A stretch of DNA of 61,465 nucleotides, the filler included, from Candidatus Desantisbacteria bacterium CG1_02_49_89 (GTDB taxonomy: Bacteria > Desantisbacteria > UBA1551): NCBI GenBank assembly GCA_001871075.1. It is 5 parts of 5 records of this genome, joined end to end, with 100 filler letters (N's around TTAATTAATTAA, not from the genome) between each part and the next. Parts side by side here need not be neighbours in the genome. Positions count along the whole stretch, not along the records: positions 33,694 to 53,887 come from MNUP01000027.1; 4 more parts are not named here. One strand, 5' to 3'. Of the stretch, positions 37,143-45,876 are shown piece by piece; the stretch's first letter is position 1; the number at the start of each line of letters is the position of its first letter. Made by a program: the position numbers and the translations under genes. The notes below the pieces were generated by a model. It was not told the DNA's origin, did not search any database, and worked only from the letters and a program-made list of their open reading frames with translations.

Positions 37143-37796
37143 ATGAATATATTATATATAAATTCAAAAAATCCCGAAAAGAAAAAAGTCGGGAAAGCGG
37201 CAGGCATAATAAGGAAAGGCGGCGTTGTTATTTTCCCAACGGATACCGTATACGGGATAGGCGCGCGCGCTGACCGCAAGGTATCTGTCGGCAGGATATT
37301 CAGGATAAAGGGGAGGGCCGGAAATAAACCCCTTATATTATTTATTAATAAAAGAGACTTAAATATATATATCAAATGCATTCCCGCAGGCGCGAAAAAA
37401 ATTATCGCAAGATTCTGGCCCGGCGCCCTTACTATGGTATTTAAGGCGGGCCGGGGCATCAGGTTCCCGGTAAAAGACAGGCGCGGCACCGTAGGGATAA
37501 GGATGCCTGATCACAGGTTCCTTCTCGCGGTCCTGAAAAAAGCAGGGGTGCCGTTCGCCACTACAAGCGCTAACATATCCGGGCAGAAAAGCCCAACAAG
37601 CGTGAAAGATATACCGGAAACCATGCTGAATAAAGCGGACCTGGTCATAGATGGCGGCAGGACATCCAAAGGGAAGGCATCCACTGTTCTTGACCTGACC
37701 GCTGAGCCGTTCAGGGTCCTGCGCGAGGGAGCGGTTTCCTTAAAGCAACTGCAAAAGGCTGTTCGTGCATCGTGCTTCGTTCATCGTGTGTCGTAA
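37143..37796 (+). CDS. tsaC: Threonylcarbamoyl-AMP synthase (Sua5/YrdC)
   Basis: FPTDTVYG, KGR..NKPL, FWPGALT, GIRMPDH, TSANISG, STVLD. Confidence 0.93.
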   Translation: MNILYINSKNPEKKKVGKAAGIIRKGGVVIFPTDTVYGIGARADRKVSVGRIFRIKGRAGNKPLILFINKRDLNIYIKCIPAGAKKIIARFWPGALTMVFKAGRGIRFPVKDRRGTVGIRMPDHRFLLAVLKKAGVPFATTSANISGQKSPTSVKDIPETMLNKADLVIDGGRTSKGKASTVLDLTAEPFRVLREGAVSLKQLQKAVRASCFVHRVS

Positions 37797-37866
37797 ATAA
37801 ATTGACAGAAGTAATTATAAATAAATAATAAGTGTCAAATCGCTGAAATCAGATAAAAGGAAAAAC

Positions 37867-38340
37867 ATGAGAGTGGCTATAGGGAATGATCACGCGGGAT
37901 GCGGGCTGAAATCCGCGATCGCGGGTTACCTGGAAAAAAAGGGGATCGCGTACAGGAATTTCGGGACTGACAGCGGGGAACCCGTGGATTACCCGGATAT
38001 CGCGGCTCCTGTCGCGGAAGCCGTCAGCAAAGGCAGGTATGACAGGGGGATCCTGATATGCGGTACCGGGATAGGGATGTCCATGGTAGTCAATAAATTC
38101 CCGGGAATAAGGGGCGCCGTATGCCATAATATTTTCACGGCGAAGGTGAGCCGATCTCATAACGACGCCAACATGCTTCTCCTGGGAGCGCGGGTCCTGA
38201 CAAGAAAGAAAGCGATGGGGATCGTAAAGGTATGGCTGGGAACGGAAGCGGAAGGCGGAAGGCACGCGCGCCGTGTGCGCAAGATAACCGAGATCGAGAG
38301 AAGGCTATGCAAGAGTCAAAGAGTCATAGAGTCAAAGTAG
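37867..38340 (+). CDS. rpiB: Ribose-5-phosphate isomerase B
   Basis: GNDHAG, VDYPD, CGTGIGMS, HNDAN, GGRH.RRV. Confidence 0.96.
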   Translation: MRVAIGNDHAGCGLKSAIAGYLEKKGIAYRNFGTDSGEPVDYPDIAAPVAEAVSKGRYDRGILICGTGIGMSMVVNKFPGIRGAVCHNIFTAKVSRSHNDANMLLLGARVLTRKKAMGIVKVWLGTEAEGGRHARRVRKITEIERRLCKSQRVIESK

Positions 38341-38424
38341 CTGCAGGGCTTGCCCTGCCATTGCCAGCCGTATTTTTTAACACTGTAATCTCTTTGATAA
38401 TCACTGTAATCGCAGAAAAAAATC

Positions 38425-38456
38425 CCGCCCCTTCGGCGGGTCGCCGTAGTGGCGAC
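38425..38456 (+). repeat. 32-nt double-hairpin element; second copy at 60272-60303 on the minus strand
   Basis: CCGCCCCTTCGGCGGGTCGCCG(TAGT/CAGG)GGCGAC; 30 of 32 positions identical. Confidence 0.9.
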
Positions 38457-38487
38457 ACCGTAATCATCTTTTAAAAAGGAGCAAAAC

Positions 38488-38805
38488 ATGTACGCGATAG
38501 TTGAAATAGGAGGGAAGCAGTACAGGGTAAGCCCCAATAAAAACCTGAATGTGGAGTATCTGGAAAAGGAAAAGGGGGACACGGTTGAGTTTGACAGGGT
38601 CCTTTTCCTTGCTGAAGACGGCAAGTACCAGGCAGGCAGGCCTTATCTTCAGGGAGCCAAGGTAACGGCGCAGGTTGTCACCCAGGGCAAGGGCAAGAAG
38701 ATACTTGTTTTTAAGTACAAGGCCAAGAAAGGCTACAGGCGCAGGATGGGCCACAGGCAGCTGTTCACGCAGCTCCTCATCAAAGAAATTAACGCAGGAA
38801 AATAA
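38488..38805 (+). CDS. rplU: 50S ribosomal protein L21
   Basis: MYAIVEIGGKQYRV...GHRQ. Confidence 0.98.
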   Translation: MYAIVEIGGKQYRVSPNKNLNVEYLEKEKGDTVEFDRVLFLAEDGKYQAGRPYLQGAKVTAQVVTQGKGKKILVFKYKAKKGYRRRMGHRQLFTQLLIKEINAGK

Positions 38806-38922
38806 AATACCGGATGCTGGATACTGGATCCTAGATCCTAGATTGAGGAATTTATTTAGATATAATTTCCTTTATCCAGGATCCAGGATCAAGGATCTAG
38901 GATCTGATTTCGGAGGGAAAGA

Positions 38923-39177
38923 ATGGCTCACGTAAAAGGACAAGGAAGTTCCAGGAACGGAAGGGACAGCGCAGGGCAAAGGCTGGGCTTGAAGGCTTCC
39001 GGCGGACAGCTGGTGAACGCCGGAGCTATTATAATCAGGCAGCATGGCACGGTTTTCATGCCGGGATTTAACGTAAAAAAGGCAAAGGACAACAGCCTTT
39101 TCGCGACAGCGCCAGGGATAGTCAGGTTTGAGAGGATCACAAGGGATAAGAAAAAGATAAGCGTCCGTCCCCAATAA
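38923..39177 (+). CDS. rpmA: 50S ribosomal protein L27
   Basis: [22 protein letters not shown]. Confidence 0.98.
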   Translation: MAHVKGQGSSRNGRDSAGQRLGLKASGGQLVNAGAIIIRQHGTVFMPGFNVKKAKDNSLFATAPGIVRFERITRDKKKISVRPQ

Positions 39178-39268
39178 AGAATGATTACAGTGATTTTAAA
39201 TTAGATTACAGTGATTAAAGCTTTATCACCGTAATCATTTTTAAATAATCACCGTAATCGGATTTTAA

Positions 39269-40309
39269 ATGTTTATTGATGAAGCTAAGATATTTTTGAA
39301 AGCCGGGGATGGCGGCAATGGCTGCGTCAGTTTCAGGCGCGAGAAAAACATACCTAAGGGAGGTCCTGACGGGGGCAACGGGGGCAACGGCGGTGATATA
39401 ATCATTGAATCCAGCCTTGACCTTGCGACCCTGATAGATTTTCAGTTCAGGTCCCATTTTAAGTCGAAGCCCGGTGAATACGGAAGGGGAAGCAATGAAT
39501 TCGGGAAGAACGGGGAACATCTGGTCATAAAGGTGCCTGTCGGCACTGTTGTAAGAAAGATCGCAAGCGGCCACTGGCCGGTTCCCAGTTCAGAAATAAC
39601 GAACGAGATAATAGCGGATCTGACAAAGGCGGGAGAAAGGATAATCGTTGCGAAGGGAGGGCAGGGGGGCAGGGGCAACACTATTTTCAAGAGCTCGACA
39701 AACCAGACGCCCAGAACCGCCGAGGAGGGAACACCGGGCGAAGAAATAACCCTTAAACTGGAACTGAAGCTGATAGCGGACGTTGGCCTTGTGGGTTACC
39801 CGAACGCGGGCAAGTCCACGCTTATTTCAAAGCTCTCAAACGCAAGGCCCAAAATAGCGCCTTACCCGTTCACTACGCTGGAGCCGTACCTTGGTATCGT
39901 AAGGCGGGAAAACGAAAGCTTTGTGCTTGCGGACCTGCCGGGGCTCATTGAGGGCGCGCACAAGGGCAAAGGCCTGGGAGACAAGTTCCTGAAGCACGCT
40001 GAACGGACAAGAATAATACTGCATGTTGTTGATATGTGCGGTTATGAGGGGAAAGACCCCGCATCAAGCTTCCGCACCATAAACGGGGAAATGGAATCAT
40101 ACAATCCTGATTTTATGAAAAAACCGCAGATAGTGGCCGCGAACAAGACTGACCTTGAAGACGCGCGCGGGAACCTGGATGCTTTCACGAAAGAAGTCTC
40201 AGGAAAGGGATATAAGGTCATACCCATATCAGGCATTACCGGAGAAGGCCTGGACACGCTTAAACACGAATTATTTAAGCTGCTTAGCCAGGAGAAGGTG
40301 AAAGTTTAA
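39269..40309 (+). CDS. obgE: GTPase Obg/CgtA
   Basis: GGPDGGNGG, GYPNAGKST, YPFTT, DLPG, NKTD. Confidence 0.97.
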   Translation: MFIDEAKIFLKAGDGGNGCVSFRREKNIPKGGPDGGNGGNGGDIIIESSLDLATLIDFQFRSHFKSKPGEYGRGSNEFGKNGEHLVIKVPVGTVVRKIASGHWPVPSSEITNEIIADLTKAGERIIVAKGGQGGRGNTIFKSSTNQTPRTAEEGTPGEEITLKLELKLIADVGLVGYPNAGKSTLISKLSNARPKIAPYPFTTLEPYLGIVRRENESFVLADLPGLIEGAHKGKGLGDKFLKHAERTRIILHVVDMCGYEGKDPASSFRTINGEMESYNPDFMKKPQIVAANKTDLEDARGNLDAFTKEVSGKGYKVIPISGITGEGLDTLKHELFKLLSQEKVKV

Positions 40310-40389
40310 AACGTGTCAACGTGTCAGCGTGTCAGAGTGTCAACGTTTAAACTTTAATCTAAATCTAAATCTTAATCTGAGTTACTGAA

Positions 40390-41502
40390 ATGACGGATAA
40401 TATAAAAAGGATCGTGATAAAACTGGGAAGCTCCGTGATCTTGAAAGAGAACGGGGAGCCGAATTCCGCCTGCCTGAAGGCGCTTGTCCAGGAGATGGCT
40501 GAACTGCGCAGGAACAAGGAACTGATAATAGTCACGTCAGGCGCTATAGGGATCGGTAAAACGCTGCTTGGGGTCAGCAGGCCGAAGGACCTATCGGAGA
40601 AACAGGCGCTTGCCGCTGTCGGGCAGGCGCACCTGATACAGATCTATGAAAACCTTTTTTCCCAATACGGCATAAAGGTGGGCCAGGTCCTGCTTACCAG
40701 GGAAGACCTTCAGGGAAGGCACAGGTACCTTAACGCGCGCAATACGTTTCTGAGCCTGCTTGAGCACGGCGTGGTGCCGGTTATCAACGAAAACGACACC
40801 GTCGCGGTAGATGAGATAAAATTCGGCGACAACGACACCCTCTCAGCCATCGTCGCTTCCAAGATGGACGCGGACCTGCTGGTGATACTGTCGGACATTG
40901 AGGGGGTTTACAGGGACCCGGATAAAAGAGAAAAGGGCGTTATCAGGGAAGTGGTTGATGACGTCGCGAACATAGAGGAGTCTGCGACGGGTTCAAGCGG
41001 GAAATCCAGGTTCGGGACAGGCGGAATTACCACAAAGATCGAGGCGGCTAAGATCATGATGTCAAGCGGGGTCCCGATGGTCGTTGCCAGGGGAGACCAT
41101 CCGCACATACTCGCAAGGATCATAACCGAGTTTTCCGGAGCTAAAACGACAGGCACGTGGTTTATTTCCTCAAAAAAAATGGCGTCCCGCAAGCGCTGGA
41201 TCGCTTTTAACGCTGAGATAAAGGGCAGCGTGACTATTGACGAAGGAGCCGCAAAAGCGCTGAAGGAGGACGGAAAGAGCCTTCTGCCTTCAGGAATAAA
41301 GGATGTACAGGGGAGTTTCGAGCAGGGAGATGCGGTGAGTGTCAAGGACAGCGCCGGCAGAGAGATCGCGAAAGGCGTGGTGAACTATGCGGCCGATGAA
41401 GTGAAAAAAATTGCCGGTAAAAAAACCGCGGATATAGAGCAGGCGCTGGGCCGCAAGGATTACGACGAAGTGATCCATCGGGACAACCTGGTTATACTAT
41501 GA
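40390..41502 (+). CDS. proB: Glutamate 5-kinase
   Basis: IKLGSS, QALAAVGQ, INENDTV, FGDND, GTGG; C-terminal PUA domain ending IHRDNL. Confidence 0.97.
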   Translation: MTDNIKRIVIKLGSSVILKENGEPNSACLKALVQEMAELRRNKELIIVTSGAIGIGKTLLGVSRPKDLSEKQALAAVGQAHLIQIYENLFSQYGIKVGQVLLTREDLQGRHRYLNARNTFLSLLEHGVVPVINENDTVAVDEIKFGDNDTLSAIVASKMDADLLVILSDIEGVYRDPDKREKGVIREVVDDVANIEESATGSSGKSRFGTGGITTKIEAAKIMMSSGVPMVVARGDHPHILARIITEFSGAKTTGTWFISSKKMASRKRWIAFNAEIKGSVTIDEGAAKALKEDGKSLLPSGIKDVQGSFEQGDAVSVKDSAGREIAKGVVNYAADEVKKIAGKKTADIEQALGRKDYDEVIHRDNLVIL

Positions 41503-41598
41503 TTACAGTGATTTTGAGAAGATGATTACAATGATTATTCAAATTTAAATAATCACCGTAATCTCAGTTATAATCACCGTAATCCCAAAAGGTATTTT

Positions 41599-42798
41599 AT
41601 GGACAAAAAAATATATACTGTTTCTGAGCTCACCACAAAAATAAAGCTCCTTATTGAGATGAACCTTTCGGACATATGGGTGGAAGGCGAGATCTCGAAT
41701 TTTAAATCATATCCCTCCGGCCACCTTTATTTTGACCTGAAGGATGAGGGCGGGGTCCTTCCCGCAGTTATGTTCAACGGCAGAGACAGGCTTAAATTCA
41801 AGCCCGAAGACGGGATGAAGGTGATAGCCAACGGCCGGGCAAGCGCTTACCAGAAATCCGGAAAATACCAGCTTATCGTTGAAGCACTTGAGCCGGCAGG
41901 CCTCGGGGCTTTGTACCAGGCTTTTGAACAGCTGAAGGTAAAACTCAAGGCAGAGGGGCTTTTCGACCAAGAGCATAAAAGGCCCATACCGCCTTTCCCG
42001 GATTGCATAGGTATAATAACTTCAATAAAAGGCGCGGCTATAAGGGATATGCTGCGCACCATAACCGAAAGGTTCCCCGTGCCCCGCATTATCATATACC
42101 CGGCCCAGGTGCAGGGAGAGGGCGCGGCTGAGGATATAGCGGAAGCCATACGGGAGCTCAACGGGCTTGACGAAGAGATAAGGCCTGACGTCATAATAGC
42201 AGGCAGGGGAGGCGGGTCGATCGAGGACCTCTGGGCGTTCAACGAAGAGCCGGTCGCAAGGGCTATTTACGGCTCTGAGATACCGGTGATAAGCGCGGTA
42301 GGCCATGAGACGGATTACACCATAGCGGATTTTGTCGCGGATGTCCGCGCTCTCACTCCGACAGACGCGGGCAAGCGGGTTGTGGCAAAAAGTAAAAGGG
42401 AGTTGAAAGACGACCTGGAAAAGGGCTGGGTTGTAAGGCTGCAGACGTCCATGGAACATTCAATAGAGACGGAAAAAGCCAGGCTGGACAGCCTGTGTTC
42501 GATGCTGCGCACGCTCCATCCCAAGAACCGCATGGAATTCTACCAGCAGCAGCTTGACTCGCTTGACTCGGAACTGAATGATATCATTGGCCATTACATG
42601 AGCGTGACGAAAGAAGAGGTAAAAAATTTATACGGCAAGCTTATGGTGCTGAACCCAGAGGCGATACTTGAGCGCGGATACAGCATCACGTTCCTTTTGC
42701 CTGAACACGGAATAGTCATGGACGCGGGGAAGGTAAATAAAGAAGACGAGATCGAGATAAAGGTCAAAAAGGGAATAATAAGGGCAAGGGTTGAATGA
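41599..42798 (+). CDS. xseA: Exodeoxyribonuclease VII large subunit
   Basis: GEISN, GHLYF.LKD, GRGGGSIEDLW.FN, SAVGHETD, LERGYS. Confidence 0.97.
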   Translation: MDKKIYTVSELTTKIKLLIEMNLSDIWVEGEISNFKSYPSGHLYFDLKDEGGVLPAVMFNGRDRLKFKPEDGMKVIANGRASAYQKSGKYQLIVEALEPAGLGALYQAFEQLKVKLKAEGLFDQEHKRPIPPFPDCIGIITSIKGAAIRDMLRTITERFPVPRIIIYPAQVQGEGAAEDIAEAIRELNGLDEEIRPDVIIAGRGGGSIEDLWAFNEEPVARAIYGSEIPVISAVGHETDYTIADFVADVRALTPTDAGKRVVAKSKRELKDDLEKGWVVRLQTSMEHSIETEKARLDSLCSMLRTLHPKNRMEFYQQQLDSLDSELNDIIGHYMSVTKEEVKNLYGKLMVLNPEAILERGYSITFLLPEHGIVMDAGKVNKEDEIEIKVKKGIIRARVE

Positions 42799-42865
42799 AA
42801 TTCACCCTCACCTCAATCCTCTCCCCTCGAGGGAGAGGACAAAGGTGAGGGGGGGCGGGGTTAAC

Positions 42866-43138
42866 ATGAAAGAATTCAAGTTTGAAGAAGCCATGAAAAG
42901 GCTTGAGGAAATAGTCCAGAAACTGGAAGAAGGCAACCTGACGCTTGAAAAATCGCTTGAACTTTTCGAGGAAGGCGTCAAGCTTTCAAGGTTCTGCACC
43001 AAGAAGCTCGAAGAAGCGCATACCAAGATCGACCTGCTTACGAAAAATCCCGCGGGGAAGGCGGAGTTAAAGCCCTTTAAGGGAAAAGAAGAAGACGGCG
43101 GGAACGGGGAGAAAGAGGGCGGCGATAAACTGCTTTAG
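42866..43138 (+). CDS. xseB: Exodeoxyribonuclease VII small subunit
   Basis: FEEAMKRLEEIV..LE.G.L.LE.SL..FEEG. The upstream ORF extension is a translated hairpin repeat. Confidence 0.95.
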   Translation: MKEFKFEEAMKRLEEIVQKLEEGNLTLEKSLELFEEGVKLSRFCTKKLEEAHTKIDLLTKNPAGKAELKPFKGKEEDGGNGEKEGGDKLL

Positions 43139-43256
43139 ATAACTGTCCGCCCCGAGTAAAACTGGGGCGAGACCTCGCCCGATTTATAAAATCGGGTGGG
43201 GATAATTGGACGATTGTCCCTAAGGGATCCCTTTAGGGGGATAACTGGCTAAACCT

Positions 43257-45146
43257 ATGCTGGAAAAAATAAATGACCCCAAAGACCTTAAAAAACTTGA
43301 TATTAAAGACCTGAGTATCCTCGCCGGAGAAATAAGAAGTGAGATAGTGAAAGTTGTGTCCGTGACCGGCGGCCATCTTTCCTCAAACCTTGGCGCGGTT
43401 GACCTGACCCTTGCCCTGCATTATGTGTTTGACGCGCCGAGGGATAAAATAGTGTGGGATGTGGGGCACCAGACATACGCGCACAAGTTGATCACGGGCA
43501 GGCGGGGAAGGTTTCACACACTGCGCAAACACAAGGGCCTGAGCGGTTTCCCGAAGAGGGAGGAAAGTGTTTACGATGTTTTTGATTCGGGCCATTCCAG
43601 CACCTCGATCTCCGTGGCGCTGGGGATCGCATGCGCGAGGGATTTACAAGGAGAAGATTACAAAGTGGTTGCCGTAATAGGGGACGGCTCCATGACAAGC
43701 GGGGTTGCGTTCGAAGGCCTGAACCAGGCAGGCGGGCTCAAGAAAAATATTATAGTCATACTTAACGATAACGAAATGTCCATATCCAAGAACGTGGGGG
43801 CTCTTTCAAAATATCTGACCAAGCTGATAACTAATCCAGATTACAACAAGCTCTACCAGAATCTAAAGGACCTGCTTCAGGACATACCCGTGATAGGCGA
43901 CAGGATCGTTGACCTGGGCAAGAAAATGACAGAGGGCCTGAAGGGCGTGTTTGTCCCCGGAGCTCTTTTCGAAGAAATGGGTTTCAGGTATTTCGGCCCG
44001 GTGGACGGCCATAACATCCCGGAAATGGCTGATGTCATGAAAAAAGTCAGCAACCTTGAAGGGCCCAGGCTCATACACGTGGTGACAAAGAAGGGCAGGG
44101 GGTTCAAGCCCGCGGAGGACAACCCGGATGTTTTTCACAGCTCGCCGCCTTTCGATCTTGAAACCGGGATCCTCAAGACCCAGCCCGCGGCGCCTCCTTC
44201 TTTTGCCAGAGTTTTTTCGCGGACCCTTATTGAACTTGCAGAACGGGATGAAAAGATAGTCGCGATAACAGCTGCGATGTCGCTGGGCACAGGCCTTGAG
44301 GATTTTTCTAAAAAATATCCCCAGAGATTTTTCGACGTGGGGATAGCGGAGGAACACGCGATGGTTTTCGCCGCAGGCCTCGCGCTTGAGGGTATGAAGC
44401 CTGTAGTCGCAATATATTCAACGTTCCTGCAGAGGGCGTACGACCAGGTGCTCCACGACATATGCCTGCAGAACCTTAGCGTTGTGATCATCTCAGCGCA
44501 TTCGGGGATAGTAGGGGAAGACGGCCCAACGCATCACGGCGTTTTCGACCTGTCATACCTGCGCCACCTTCCCGGCATCACGGTAATGGCACCGAAGGAC
44601 GAAGCGGAACTAAGGCACATGCTGAAGACAGCATGTAACCATAAAGGCCCGGTTGCCATAAGGTATCCGAAAGACAGAGGCGTGGGAGCCGATATATCGG
44701 TTCCCCTCAAAATGATCGATATCGGCTTGGCAGAGGTCCTGAAAAAGGGCGGTGATATAGCGGTTTTGGGCATAGGTTCCATGGTTTATCCGTGCCTGAA
44801 AGCTTCCGAGATCCTTGAAAAGGAGGGAATAAAACCGTGTGTGGTTAACGCGCGTTTTATCAAGCCTCTTGACAGGGACCTGCTGGTTGAGCTGGCAGGC
44901 ACCTTCGGCAAATTCGTTACAGTCGAGGAAAACACGCTTGAGGGCGGATTCGGTTCAGCGGTAATGGAATTATTTGAGAAGGAAAACCTGGCAGGAAAGA
45001 TCGCCATTAAGCGCATCGGGCTTCCGGACAGGTTTATAGAACACGGCCCAAGGCCTGTTCTTTTGAAAGAGTGCGGCCTGGACGCGGAATCCATAGCGGC
45101 GACAATAGAGGTCTGGTTTAAAAGACAATTAAAAATTAAAAATTAA
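43257..45146 (+). CDS. dxs: 1-deoxy-D-xylulose-5-phosphate synthase
   Basis: GGHLSSNLG, WDVGHQ, GDGSMT, DVGIAEEH, YSTFLQRAYDQ, GEDGPTHHG. Confidence 0.98.
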   Translation: MLEKINDPKDLKKLDIKDLSILAGEIRSEIVKVVSVTGGHLSSNLGAVDLTLALHYVFDAPRDKIVWDVGHQTYAHKLITGRRGRFHTLRKHKGLSGFPKREESVYDVFDSGHSSTSISVALGIACARDLQGEDYKVVAVIGDGSMTSGVAFEGLNQAGGLKKNIIVILNDNEMSISKNVGALSKYLTKLITNPDYNKLYQNLKDLLQDIPVIGDRIVDLGKKMTEGLKGVFVPGALFEEMGFRYFGPVDGHNIPEMADVMKKVSNLEGPRLIHVVTKKGRGFKPAEDNPDVFHSSPPFDLETGILKTQPAAPPSFARVFSRTLIELAERDEKIVAITAAMSLGTGLEDFSKKYPQRFFDVGIAEEHAMVFAAGLALEGMKPVVAIYSTFLQRAYDQVLHDICLQNLSVVIISAHSGIVGEDGPTHHGVFDLSYLRHLPGITVMAPKDEAELRHMLKTACNHKGPVAIRYPKDRGVGADISVPLKMIDIGLAEVLKKGGDIAVLGIGSMVYPCLKASEILEKEGIKPCVVNARFIKPLDRDLLVELAGTFGKFVTVEENTLEGGFGSAVMELFEKENLAGKIAIKRIGLPDRFIEHGPRPVLLKECGLDAESIAATIEVWFKRQLKIKN

Positions 45147-45211
45147 AAATGCAAAATTAAAGGAATGGTTTTCAATTTTGAATTTTACATTTTGCATTTT
45201 GCATTGGTGAA

Positions 45212-45679
45212 ATGCGGATATTTTTAAACTACCTGTTATTCTTCCTGCTTTACGTTGTAGGGAGCCGGATACTGTTCATCCCGGCTGGTATATCGCTGGG
45301 GATGGGGAAATACGTTGTTTTGTCCGTCGTATTCATTTTTGATATACTTCAGATACCGTTATATTTTTATATTTACGATAAAGGCACTTCCAGGATAAAG
45401 TTTCTGTCTTTCTTATATTCAAAGATGCCCTCTAAGGAAAGGATGCTGAACTCTCCGCTCCTGAAATTCGCCGAAAGACTCGGGGCGTTCGGGGTGGTAT
45501 TTGTGGCAGCGATGCCCGCGTTCGGAGGGGGCATGTGGACTTCGATACTTATGGCTTATTTCCTTAAAATAGACCGCAGGAAGAGCGTTCTTCTCCTGGC
45601 GCTGGGCAGCCTGATCGGCTGTCTTATTGTGGTATTCGGTTTTGACGGGCTTATCCATCTGTTTAAATTTAAAATTTAG
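45212..45679 (+). CDS. Small membrane protein (small multidrug export-like)
   Basis: About four TM helices; IP.GI..G and FVA.P..GGG.WT pattern. Confidence 0.6.
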   Translation: MRIFLNYLLFFLLYVVGSRILFIPAGISLGMGKYVVLSVVFIFDILQIPLYFYIYDKGTSRIKFLSFLYSKMPSKERMLNSPLLKFAERLGAFGVVFVAAMPAFGGGMWTSILMAYFLKIDRRKSVLLLALGSLIGCLIVVFGFDGLIHLFKFKI

Positions 45680-45876
45680 CCACTGAAGCCACTGAAAAAG
45701 TTTTTAACCACGAGATTTCACAGATTTCTATCTGGCAGTCATTGCGAGCGAAAGCGAAGCAATCTTGTATTAGATTGCTTCGTCGCTACGCTTCTCGCAA
45801 TGACATATCGTGTGAAAATCTAGTGTAATCGTGTGGTTTGAATTATCTCAGTGCCCTCTGTGGCAGAATGAAGTAT

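Noticed and set aside
37802-37838. Promoter for rpiB starting at TTGACA
   Set aside because: No good -10 box at 16-18 nt; TTGACA pairs with TGTCAA as an inverted repeat, so the assignment is ambiguous.
5081-45876. N-terminal extensions in the ORF track for proC, ftsZ, rmlD, lptD, tsaC, xseB and the activase
   Set aside because: They are translated intergenic repeats, promoter sequence or overlap with a neighbouring gene; downstream ATGs match the conserved N-termini and several have better SD sites.
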